From: an uncultured Gemmatimonadales bacterium
GTDB lineage: Bacteria; Gemmatimonadota; Gemmatimonadetes; Longimicrobiales; RSA9
Assembly: GCA_963783305.1 (NCBI GenBank)
Contig: CAWAMW010000002.1
Location: 32,001-96,000, forward strand
Length of the DNA: 64,000 nucleotides
Reading direction: 5' to 3'
Numbering within the stretch: the first letter of the stretch is position 1; each line of letters opens with the position of its first letter. Both the position numbers and the translations under genes were made by a program. Positions 9,388 through 22,751 of this stretch are shown here, piece after piece. The notes beneath the pieces are model-generated. The model was not told where the DNA came from. It did not search any database and was given only the letters and a program-made list of their open reading frames with translations.

Positions 9388-11511
9388 CTACATGGATTTC
9401 AGCACGATCGAAACCGGCTGTCCCGCCAGCTCGCGCCGCACCACAATGTGGGGCTCCGCCTTCGTCACCCAGACCGTCATGGGCTGCGGTCCACCGAGCT
9501 CGAGGCGGTAGGTCTCGAACGTGCCCGCGGGCACCTCCACGGTCTCTTCCCCCGCCGCGGAGGCGCTCATGCTCTCAATGGCGCCCGCTCCCGTGAGGAC
9601 CTGTAGCGTCATCTCGCCCGCATTCTCGAAATCGGTGACAGCCAGGGCAATGTCGAACTGACCCTCCAGCGCCGTGCCGGGGGCCACCTCGACATCGACC
9701 TTCTGCGGTCCGCGCTGCATGTCGAGCGCTGTCCCCACCGCGCGACCGTCGCGGATCTCGACCTCGAACTCGCCCATGGCGCCCGCGGAGGTCGTGGTCC
9801 GCAGCGGCGCGAAGGTGAGCGCGTGGAACTCGGTGGTCTGACTGACGGTCATCCCCGGCATTTGCTGCTCGGTCACCACCGCGAACGCCTCGCCATCCCG
9901 GGTCCAGCGGGTGACCATGGTCCCCACTTCGTTGCCCTGGAACATGATGCCGTACAGCATTTCCAGGGGCCGCAGCTCGGACGCGTCGTAGCGCACGGCG
10001 GCCGCGGCATCGGCGGCGGCGGCGAGAGCCGCCACATCCACCGGCTCGCCCTCGGCATCGACGACCTCGACCCGGTCGGCGAACGGGCGGAGCGAGTCCA
10101 GCACCTTCAGCGCATCGCCCACCACCACCACCAGCATGCGGTCCGGATGGATGTTCTCGCGCGCGGCCTCGGCGACGTCCGCGACGTCCACCGCCGCGAC
10201 CCGGCTCCGATACTCGGTGAGATAGCTGTCCGGCCGGCGCAGGAGCCGGTTTCGCGCCACCTGACTCGCCACATCCTGCGGCGTCTCGATGCCAAGCGGG
10301 AAGGAGCCGGTGAGGTAGAGCTTCGCGTTCTCCAGGTCCGCCTGCGGGATGTCCCCCGCACGGAGGCGCTCGGCCAGGTCGAGCATGATCATGAGGGAGC
10401 TGTCCGCGACCTCGTTGCGGAACTCGCCCGTCATGAGGAAGGTGCCGGGGCCCTGACGCTCACTCATGGAGCTGTAGGCCCCGTAGGTGTAGCCCTTCTC
10501 CTCGCGCAGCACCTTCATCATCCAGGCGGTGAACTGGGCGGAACCGGAGCCGAGCACCTGGTTCGCTGCGTCCAGCGTCGCCCAGTCGGCGTCCGTGGCG
10601 CTCGGCAGCAGGTGACCGATGCGGATCACGGCCTGGACCGATCCGGGCTTGTGCACGAACACCATCGTGCGGTCCGACCGCGTGGGTGGCGGAGCGTGCT
10701 CCGAATCCAGCGCGGCTCGGCCCTCCCAGCCGGCGAACGCCTGCTCCAGACCGGCGGCAATCGCGTCCGGGTCCACCGCGCCGGCCACCACGAAGAGCGC
10801 GTCTTCGGGCCGGTACGCCCGCTCGTGGTATCGCGCCAGCGCCGTCGCGTCGATGGCCTCAATGCTCTCCACCGTGGCCGTACGGCCGTACGGGTGCTCG
10901 CCGTAAACGCCCTCCACGAACGCCCGCTGCGCCAGCGCGGATGGCTGCGACTTCTCGAGCTTCAGTGCAGTGATCCGCCGCTGCTTCTCCGTCTCCAGCT
11001 CGGCAGCCGGGAAGACCGGGTCCAGGACCACGTCGCTCAGCAGGTCCAGGCCCTCGTCGAGAAACTCGGTGATGGTGGTGAGATAGACGCTGGTCCATTC
11101 CGGGGAGGCGCCGGCGCCCAGCGAGGCGCCGATGAAGTCCACGGCCTCCGCCAGCTCCAGGGCGTTCATGGACCCGGTGCCCTTGTTGATCTGGGACGCC
11201 GTCAGACTCGCCAGACCCGTCCGGTCGGCGGGGTCGGCGGCGGATCCGCCGGGCATCAGGAGCTGCACCGTGACCACCGGCTGCTCGTGGTTCTCCACCA
11301 CGATGAGGCGAGCGCCGATGCTGAGCGTGCGCTCGTCGTACTCGGGGAACGAGACATCCTGCACCGGCAGCGGCGCGGGCGCCTCGGACGGGAAGGAACG
11401 CTCGGGCGCGGGGGCCGGCGGCGCCGGCGTATCCACGGTGTGGGCTCCGCCGCACGCGGTCAGCGCCAGCGCGAGGCCGGCGGTGGGGATCAGTCGTCGC
11501 ATATCCATCAT
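9388..11511 (-). CDS. M16 peptidase, non-catalytic subunit, lipoprotein with extra C-terminal domain
   Basis: Lipobox LALTAC. M16-like sequence without HXXEH; LREEKGYTYG substrate-binding motif. About 200-aa C-terminal extension ending ...VEVPAGTFETYRL. Confidence 0.85.
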   Translation of the reverse strand: MMDMRRLIPTAGLALALTACGGAHTVDTPAPPAPAPERSFPSEAPAPLPVQDVSFPEYDERTLSIGARLIVVENHEQPVVTVQLLMPGGSAADPADRTGLASLTASQINKGTGSMNALELAEAVDFIGASLGAGASPEWTSVYLTTITEFLDEGLDLLSDVVLDPVFPAAELETEKQRRITALKLEKSQPSALAQRAFVEGVYGEHPYGRTATVESIEAIDATALARYHERAYRPEDALFVVAGAVDPDAIAAGLEQAFAGWEGRAALDSEHAPPPTRSDRTMVFVHKPGSVQAVIRIGHLLPSATDADWATLDAANQVLGSGSAQFTAWMMKVLREEKGYTYGAYSSMSERQGPGTFLMTGEFRNEVADSSLMIMLDLAERLRAGDIPQADLENAKLYLTGSFPLGIETPQDVASQVARNRLLRRPDSYLTEYRSRVAAVDVADVAEAARENIHPDRMLVVVVGDALKVLDSLRPFADRVEVVDAEGEPVDVAALAAAADAAAAVRYDASELRPLEMLYGIMFQGNEVGTMVTRWTRDGEAFAVVTEQQMPGMTVSQTTEFHALTFAPLRTTTSAGAMGEFEVEIRDGRAVGTALDMQRGPQKVDVEVAPGTALEGQFDIALAVTDFENAGEMTLQVLTGAGAIESMSASAAGEETVEVPAGTFETYRLELGGPQPMTVWVTKAEPHIVVRRELAGQPVSIVLKSM

Positions 11512-11537
11512 GTTCTCCTCGTTCGCGGTGCGGCGAG

Positions 11538-12872
11538 TCAGTTGGACGCGCCGGCAGGGACCGTGATGACCACGGTCCGGTTGTCCGGCGTGATGTAGGT
11601 GCGGGCGACCCGGATGATGTCGTCGACGGTGACCGTCATGTACTCATCCAGCGCCCTGTTGATCTCGGAGACATCCCCGCTGGCGCGGTACCGCTGCAGC
11701 ATGCTCGCCTTCGATCTCACCTGGAGCCGGCTCCTGATGATGCCGGACCGCGTCTGGTTGCGGGCCTTCTCGAGCTCCCGCTCCGATACGCCCTCCTCCC
11801 GGATCCGCTCCAGCTCTTCCCACACCAACGACTCCAGCGCATCCACCTGGACCCCCTGGTTCGGGAGCGCGTAGACGCTCAACGAGCCCGGCCCGAGGCC
11901 ACTCGAGGCGCCCCCGAAGACCTGCAGCGCCGCCCGCTCCTCCTTCACCAGCCGCTGGTTCATCCGGCTCGACTCGCCCGTCATGAGGATGCGGCCCAGA
12001 AGCTCCAACGCGGGCGTGTCCTCATGGCCTTCCGGTGGCGTGGTGTATGCCGTCATGAGCAGCGGCAGCGTCGCCTTCTCGTCCTCCAGCGTCACGCGGC
12101 GCTCCCCGTCGGTGCGCGGCGTCGCCGGGACCGGCGGCAGCGGCTCCATCTCGGGACCCCGCGGGATCTGGGCGAAGTACGCCTCGGCCAGCTCCCGGAT
12201 CTGCTCGGTGGTCACATCCCCGGCCACGACCACCGCAGCGTTGTTGGGGACGTAGAATCGCTCGTAGAACTCGCGGGCGTCCTGGGCGGTGCCGGCATCC
12301 AGGTCGTCCATGGACCCGATGACCGTGTGACGGTACGGCTTCCAGTCCGCGCTGAGTGTATCGAACGTCATCATGGCCTGGCCGTACGGCTGGTTGTCCA
12401 CGCTCCGCCGCCGCTCCTCCTTCACAACCTCCCGCTCGCGCTGGAAGTTCTCCTCGTTGATGACCAGGTTGTGCATGCGGTCCGCCTCCAGCCAGAGCGC
12501 CACGTTCACCTGGTTCGACGGGAGAGTCTCGAAGTAGGCGGTCCGGTCCTTGTTGGTGGTGCCGTTCAGGTTTCCGCCCGCCCGGTTTACGTAGGCGTCG
12601 AACTCCCCCTTCTCGATGTTCTGGGTGTTGATGAACATCATGTGCTCGAAGAGGTGGGCGAAGCCGCTTCGACCCTCCGGCTCGTGGGCGCTGCCCACGT
12701 CGTACCAGACCTCCACGTGGACCACGGGGACCGAGTGGTCCTCGTGGACGATGAACTCCAGGCCGTTGTCGAGCGTGAAGGTCTCGTACTCGATGGGCGG
12801 CGCGCCCTGGGCGCTCGCTCCCGCGGCGAACGCGAGGGCGAGGGCGGCGTGCAGAATGCTGCGTGCACTCAT
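11538..12872 (-). CDS. M16 (pitrilysin-like) zinc peptidase, catalytic subunit
   Basis: Signal peptide; GFAHLFEHMMF (HXXEH), NGTTNKDRTAY, EREVVKEERR. Confidence 0.93.
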   Translation of the reverse strand: MSARSILHAALALAFAAGASAQGAPPIEYETFTLDNGLEFIVHEDHSVPVVHVEVWYDVGSAHEPEGRSGFAHLFEHMMFINTQNIEKGEFDAYVNRAGGNLNGTTNKDRTAYFETLPSNQVNVALWLEADRMHNLVINEENFQREREVVKEERRRSVDNQPYGQAMMTFDTLSADWKPYRHTVIGSMDDLDAGTAQDAREFYERFYVPNNAAVVVAGDVTTEQIRELAEAYFAQIPRGPEMEPLPPVPATPRTDGERRVTLEDEKATLPLLMTAYTTPPEGHEDTPALELLGRILMTGESSRMNQRLVKEERAALQVFGGASSGLGPGSLSVYALPNQGVQVDALESLVWEELERIREEGVSERELEKARNQTRSGIIRSRLQVRSKASMLQRYRASGDVSEINRALDEYMTVTVDDIIRVARTYITPDNRTVVITVPAGASN

Positions 12873-12961
12873 GATATCTCCTGGGAATGCGTTCCGGCGG
12901 GGGCTGGTACTCCTCGAATAGAGTACCGGCCCGCTGCCGCTATTTCAACCAGTGCAGCGTA

Positions 12962-15928
12962 TTACGAGGCGGGTGTGGCGCCCAGCGCCCGGACCACACC
13001 GGCGGTCAGCGCGGCCGGTGTGAAGGGCTTCGCCAGGAAGCCGGAATCGTCGAACGAGTCGGCGAGCAGGTCCTCGTCGTAGCCTGACATGAACAGGAGC
13101 GGCAGCCTGGGATTTCCACGGCGCAGGTGCACCGCGAGCTCTCGGCCGCCCATGTCGGGCATGACCATGTCGGTGACGACGAGGTCGATCTGCCCGTCGT
13201 ACTCTTCGATCACCCGCAGCGCGTCCGCCCCATTCTCGGCGGAGAGCACCGTGCAGCCAGCCCGCTCCAGGACCCGAACCGCGAGCTTTCGCACGGCCTT
13301 CTCGTCCTCCACCACCAGGACCGTCCCCCGCGGCTGGTCGCCGACGAGCTCCGAGGTCGAACCAGCCGCGGACACGGGCGCCGCCTCCACCTGGGGGAGG
13401 ATGACATCGCAGCGGGTGCCGACCCCCGGCCTGCTCTCCGCCAGCACGTGCCCCCCCGACTGCTTCACGATTCCGAACACCGTCGCCAGCCCGAGGCCCG
13501 TACCCTTCCCCTGCTCCTTGGTGGTGAAGAAGGGCTCGAACGCGTGCGCCAGCGTTTTGGCGTCCATCCCGGTGCCGGTATCGGAAACGCGGATCCGGAC
13601 GAACGGGCCCACGGCCACTTCCCAGCGGCCAATGCGAGGGTCGCCGGGCTCCAGCGTGAGCGTGTCGGTCTCCATGGTTATGGTGCCCCCGTCGGGCATG
13701 GCATCGCGCGCGTTCACGACGAGGTTCATGAGCACCTGCTCGAGTTGGCCGCGGTCGGCGCGCACGCGGATCGCCTCCTGCGTCAGCCCCGTCTCCACCC
13801 GGATGTGCTCCCCGATCAGCCGCCTGAGCATCGCGTGGACCTCCAGCACGACCGCGTTCGGGTCCAGCAGCTGCGGGTGGAGGACCTGCCGCCGACTGTA
13901 CGCCAACAGCTGCTGCGTGAGCGAGGCCGCGCGCGTGCCCGCCTTCTCGATCTCCAGCAGGTCCTGCTGCAGCGGGTGGTCGGCGCCCATGTCCTCCAGC
14001 GCGAACCGGGCGTGGCCATTGATCACCGTCAGCAGATTGTTGAAGTCGTGAGCGATGCCGCCCGCCAGCTTTCCCACCGCCTCCAGCTTGTGCGCGTGAC
14101 GGAGCTCCTCCTCCCGCTCCCGCAGCGCCCGCTCCGCTTCGACCCGATCACCGATGTCGCGGTAAACGCCGTACAGCTGTTCCCGCTCCCCCGGGATCGG
14201 GAGGCTCCGCGCCAGCACCGAGACGTCCACGGCCGTGCCATCCTTGTGGCACCGGACCGTCTCCGTCCGCAACCGCCCGCCCTCGCGGGCCGCCAGGTTG
14301 AGCTGCGACCCCTCCCACTTCAGGTGGTCCGGCACGATCAGGTCGTTCAGGTTACGACCCACCGCCTCCTCGGCGCTGTACCCGAACATGCGCGTGAACT
14401 CGCCGTTCACCCGCAGCACCCGGTCCGTCTCCGCTTCCACCAGCACGATCCCCTCCGGCGACGCCTCGAACAGGTCGGCGAAATAGCGACGCTGCACCTC
14501 CAGCTCCTGCTTCACGCGCGTCTGCTCCGTCACGTCCAGCGCCACGCCGAACCCGCCCACCACCTGACCCTGCTCGAAGATCGGGATGCTGACGCCACGG
14601 ACCTCCGCGGGCACGCCCTCGACGCCCAGGACCGCCAACTCGTACTCCGTGGAGTCACCGGCCAGCACCGACGCGAACACCACCCGCGCCTGGTCCATCT
14701 CGCCGGGGTCCAGCACCTCCGCGAAGGAACGACCCCGCAGCTCCTCGCCCGTCCTGCCCACCAGCCGCTCGCCCGCCGGGTTCAGCGCGACGATGTGCCC
14801 GGCGAGGTCGAACTCGTAGAGGATCCCGGGGTTGTGCCAGAAGAGGGCGCTGTAGCGACGCTCGATCGCCTGCAGCGCCCGATCCGCCTCCAACCGCTCC
14901 TCCATGTCGCGCGCCACGACCACAGCCCCGACCACACGACCGCCAACATGCAGCGGCTCGGTGGACACACTCACCGCCAGTCCGCCCGCAGGCGTGCGTA
15001 TCGCCAGGTCCAGGTCCCGCTGCGGCGTCCCCGGGTCCAGCAACCACCGCTCGCGCTGCCGGTCCCAGCGATAGCCGAACAGCTCGTCCACCGCCACGGA
15101 CATGAGCTCCTCGGCGGTCCGACCCAGGAGCCGCCGAGCCGCCGGATTGCTGCCCCGCACACGGCCGCCGCTGTCGCACACCAGCACCACGTCCGACATG
15201 GCCCGGAGGACCGCATCGGTCCCAAACGAATGCGACAGCAGGAACACCCGGTAGCGACCCGCTATGACGGCGGCCATGCTGAGCGCCAGCACGAAGACGA
15301 TCGGCGTAAGCAGCCCCACCCGGAACGGGTCTGTCGGGAGCCAGTAGTCCAGCAGAGTAAATGATGCGATGATGGCCGCGACCGTGAGCAGCACCGCCTC
15401 CTCGCGCTCCTCCCGCGTCGCCGCCCGTTTCCGATTCCTCGCCAGGTCCCGCACGCCGATGGCGAGCAGGCCCAGCACGAAGGCGAAGTACAGCGCCCCG
15501 AGCCAGCCCCAACCATCGAGGGTGTATCCACGCGTCAGCGACTGGAGCCCACGCACCACCCAGGGGCCCGCCACACTGAGCCCCCCCAGTACGCCGGCGG
15601 TCAGCCAGGCGGCCGTTTGCGCTCGCGAGCGCCGGACCGGCACCAGTCCGGAGGCGAACCAGTACATGGCCGGCGCTGTGAACGGATCGATGGTGAACGC
15701 GACCCGCAGCCAGAGCTCGGTCGTTTGCGCGTCCGCGGCCATGACCGCCACGCCCAGCGGCGCCAGCCAGCCAGCGGTGATGGAGGTGAGGAGGAAGAAG
15801 CGGCGGCTCGTCTCCGCGAACCGTTCGTACAGCATGATCCCGGCACCGAACGCAAACATGGCCAGCGCTGCCACGAAATACAGCAGCGCCAGCGGCTCCC
15901 ACGTGTAGTAGACCGGGTCCAGGATCAT
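12962..15928 (-). CDS. Hybrid sensor histidine kinase (7TM-like N-terminus, 3 PAS, HisKA, HATPase, REC)
   Basis: Hydrophobic N-terminus, three PAS-like repeats, LAGGIAHDFNNLL, FEPFFTTKEQGKGTGLGL, receiver VLVVEDE...DMVMPDMGG. Start may be 15928 or 15982. Confidence 0.93.
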   Translation of the reverse strand: MILDPVYYTWEPLALLYFVAALAMFAFGAGIMLYERFAETSRRFFLLTSITAGWLAPLGVAVMAADAQTTELWLRVAFTIDPFTAPAMYWFASGLVPVRRSRAQTAAWLTAGVLGGLSVAGPWVVRGLQSLTRGYTLDGWGWLGALYFAFVLGLLAIGVRDLARNRKRAATREEREEAVLLTVAAIIASFTLLDYWLPTDPFRVGLLTPIVFVLALSMAAVIAGRYRVFLLSHSFGTDAVLRAMSDVVLVCDSGGRVRGSNPAARRLLGRTAEELMSVAVDELFGYRWDRQRERWLLDPGTPQRDLDLAIRTPAGGLAVSVSTEPLHVGGRVVGAVVVARDMEERLEADRALQAIERRYSALFWHNPGILYEFDLAGHIVALNPAGERLVGRTGEELRGRSFAEVLDPGEMDQARVVFASVLAGDSTEYELAVLGVEGVPAEVRGVSIPIFEQGQVVGGFGVALDVTEQTRVKQELEVQRRYFADLFEASPEGIVLVEAETDRVLRVNGEFTRMFGYSAEEAVGRNLNDLIVPDHLKWEGSQLNLAAREGGRLRTETVRCHKDGTAVDVSVLARSLPIPGEREQLYGVYRDIGDRVEAERALREREEELRHAHKLEAVGKLAGGIAHDFNNLLTVINGHARFALEDMGADHPLQQDLLEIEKAGTRAASLTQQLLAYSRRQVLHPQLLDPNAVVLEVHAMLRRLIGEHIRVETGLTQEAIRVRADRGQLEQVLMNLVVNARDAMPDGGTITMETDTLTLEPGDPRIGRWEVAVGPFVRIRVSDTGTGMDAKTLAHAFEPFFTTKEQGKGTGLGLATVFGIVKQSGGHVLAESRPGVGTRCDVILPQVEAAPVSAAGSTSELVGDQPRGTVLVVEDEKAVRKLAVRVLERAGCTVLSAENGADALRVIEEYDGQIDLVVTDMVMPDMGGRELAVHLRRGNPRLPLLFMSGYDEDLLADSFDDSGFLAKPFTPAALTAGVVRALGATPAS

Positions 15929-16023
15929 GAGTCGATTGGGTGGTTCTGGTTCACGGGGAAAGTATCGATCCCGCGGCGCCAAAGCTTGAGCGCCGGGAGA
16001 CTGGGCGCCTCAGGGTCACCGCG

Positions 16024-19080
<3,057 letters not shown>

Positions 19081-19317
19081 GGCATCCTCGTTCTCGAGCG
19101 TCGGTCGCTGGCGCCCGCGGTCGGCGGCGGCGCGCGTGCGCTCCCGCCACGGGCGCACCGGCAGCCTGGTTCCGGGCGAAGGGTGCTGTTACACCGCTGG
19201 CGCGAGAAGGTGCGGGGCGGTCGCCACTCCTCGACGCCGAACCGCCGGAGCCCCCGGGGCGGGGGGAGGAGAGGGCTGGAGGGCGCGACCAGCACAGAGG
19301 ACCGGTGCTCCACGGGT

Positions 19318-19360
19318 CCGCCACCCGCCCTCGACTCGCCCGCCACCCGCCCTCGACTCG
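19318..19360. repeat. Two-copy 22-bp-period direct repeat upstream of uvrA
   Basis: CCGCCACCCGCCCTCGACTCG repeated twice. Confidence 0.7.
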
Positions 19361-19493
19361 GCCCCGACCGGACGAGTGGACCCATTCGGCTATTCTGCCG
19401 CCCCACGCTGCGACGCATGATGCTCCTCGTCGTCGGGCGGCGAGGACGTCAGGCCGGCGGCGAGGGCGTAGGGGGGGCGGCCCATGGCCTGGG

Positions 19494-19670
19494 GGTGGAC
19501 AACCCGCCGGGCGCGCGGCGACAGTCTCGCCGGGGGCGAATTGACCACCGCGGAGGTGGACAACCCGCCGGGCACACCGCGGCGGCCTCGCGCTGGGCGA
19601 ATTGACCACCGCGGAGGTGGACAACCCGCCGGGCACACCGCGGCGTCCCGCGCTCGGCGGGTTGACCATT
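19494..19670. repeat. 61-bp-period tandem array of imperfect hairpins
   Basis: 40-bp GGGCGAATTGACCACCGCGGAGGTGGACAACCCGCCGGGC is exact at 19534 and 19595, with partial copies on each side. Hairpin GGCG-TTG-CCACC/GGTGG-CAA-CGCC. Confidence 0.9.
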
Positions 19671-19714
19671 GCGACGAACGTCGCTCGATCATCACTCGCG
19701 ACCCTATCCCGAAC

Positions 19715-20635
19715 ATGTCACGCCTCACCGACGCCACCATCGATCGCATCGCCGCAAACCAGCACGGCGTAGTCACGCGCGCACAGCTCCTCGATGCTGG
19801 CGTGACCGGCCGCCAGGTCGAGCGACGACTCGCGGCCGGCCGGCTACATTCGCTGCACCGCGGCGTCTACCTCATCGGGACGCTACGCGGCCCGCTCGAG
19901 CCCGAGTTCGCCCCTGAGATGGCCGCGGTGCTCGCTTGCGGGTCGGGTGCGCTCGCGAGTCACGCCAGCGCGGCCCGTCTCTGGGAACTGGGACTGGTCC
20001 GGGGGCCCGGGTCGCCTGTGGAGGTGATGATACCGGCTCGGGTGCATCGGGAACGACGGGGAATTCGCGTCCACCGCGCCAGCGGGCTCACGCCCTCCGA
20101 CTGCTGCGTGCGTGACGGAATTCCCGTGACTACGCCGGGGCGCACCCTGCGGGACCTCTCCGCGCGCCTGGGAACGCAGGCATTGTCCCGCCTGATCGCG
20201 CGGGCGGAGCGGGAGGGGCTGCTCGACGATCAGGACCTCGCCGCCATGGTTGTCCGACACACAGGACGACGCGGGGCGCCGCTGCTGCGGGCCGTGGCCG
20301 GGCCGCATGCCGATCGCCCGTTCACGCGCTCGGAGGCCGAGAGACGGCTTCTGGGACTCGTGCGGTCCGGGGGCCTGCCCGCCCCAGCGACGAACGTGAT
20401 CGTGCTCGACCACGAGGTGGACTTCCTGTGGGCGGCGGAGCGGCTCATCGTCGAGGTCGATGGGTTCCGCTACCACGGGTCTCGGCCGGCCTTCGAGAAC
20501 GATCACCGTCGCGACGCCCGTCTGGTCGCGGGCGGGTACCGGGTCTTGCGATTCAGCTGGCGCCAGATCGTACACGAGCCCCGGAAGACTCTTGTTGCGC
20601 TTGCCCGAGCGCTCGCCGGGAGTACCGGTTTATGA
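19715..20635 (+). CDS. AbiEi-type N-terminal wHTH + DUF559 (Vsr-like) nuclease domain protein
   Basis: IAANQHGVVTRAQLLDAG...LHRGVY; SHASAARLW; IPVTTPGRTLRDL; TRSEAERRL...VDFLW...LIVEVDGFRYH...DHRRDARLVAGGYRVLRFSW. Confidence 0.88.
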   Translation: MSRLTDATIDRIAANQHGVVTRAQLLDAGVTGRQVERRLAAGRLHSLHRGVYLIGTLRGPLEPEFAPEMAAVLACGSGALASHASAARLWELGLVRGPGSPVEVMIPARVHRERRGIRVHRASGLTPSDCCVRDGIPVTTPGRTLRDLSARLGTQALSRLIARAEREGLLDDQDLAAMVVRHTGRRGAPLLRAVAGPHADRPFTRSEAERRLLGLVRSGGLPAPATNVIVLDHEVDFLWAAERLIVEVDGFRYHGSRPAFENDHRRDARLVAGGYRVLRFSWRQIVHEPRKTLVALARALAGSTGL

Positions 20636-20721
20636 TTTGGCGGCGTACTTTCGACGCGTGCCGGTGGTCATCGCCGTGTCGTACCCACCAGGCACGCGAC
20701 CCGTCAGGAAGGGTGTGGCCG

Positions 20722-21051
20722 ATGCAGGCAAGGACGATACGAACCGTTCGGACCCGGAAGGGCGTGAGGGAATACACGCACCTGGGCTGCCCGCTCACGA
20801 AGAGCCGGACGGCGTGGTGCTACGGCCTGTGCGTGCCCGACGCGCGGGGGAACGGCGAGTGCGGCCGACTGGCCCCCCACGGCCTGAAGAGCCGGACCCA
20901 GTGCGCCATCGCGGACCACGCCCGGAAGACCGCGGGGGCCACGACGGGGGCCGCGTCGGGGGCCGCGTCGGGGGCCGCGACGGGGGCCGCGACGGGGGCC
21001 GCGACGGGGGCCGCGACGGGGGCCGGCGCGGGGGCCGCCACGCCGGAATAG
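20722..21051 (+). CDS. Small Cys-rich hypothetical protein with repeat-encoded tail
   Basis: ATG after AGGAAGGG; MQARTIRTVRTRKGVREYTHLGCPLTKSRTAWCYGLCVPDARGNGECGRLAPH...(GAAT)n. Confidence 0.6.
   Translation: MQARTIRTVRTRKGVREYTHLGCPLTKSRTAWCYGLCVPDARGNGECGRLAPHGLKSRTQCAIADHARKTAGATTGAASGAASGAATGAATGAATGAATGAGAGAATPE
20935..21042 (+). repeat. 12-bp VNTR, 9 units (consensus GGGGCCGCGACG)
   Basis: Read directly; encodes GAAT/GAAS repeats. Confidence 0.9.
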
Positions 21052-21073
21052 GCGCCGCGCCCCCGCGCCGGGC

Positions 21074-22672
<1,599 letters not shown>

Positions 22673-22751
22673 ATCCGTTCGATTACGGGTCTAGGTTGCG
22701 ATCCGTGCTGCTAAATTGAGAGAAGCGAGCGGGAGCGAGTGGGATCAGCCA

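Noticed and set aside
19081..19400. LexA/SOS box upstream of uvrA
   Set aside because: No motif I recognise; only a two-copy direct repeat of unknown meaning.
19494..19670. Mini CRISPR array
   Set aside because: Only two full repeats, two of the 21-nt linkers are near-duplicates, and there are no cas genes or AT-rich leader. Better explained as tandem duplication.
19715..21051. Complete type IV toxin-antitoxin (AbiE) system
   Set aside because: The downstream ORF has no nucleotidyltransferase motif; no toxin is present.
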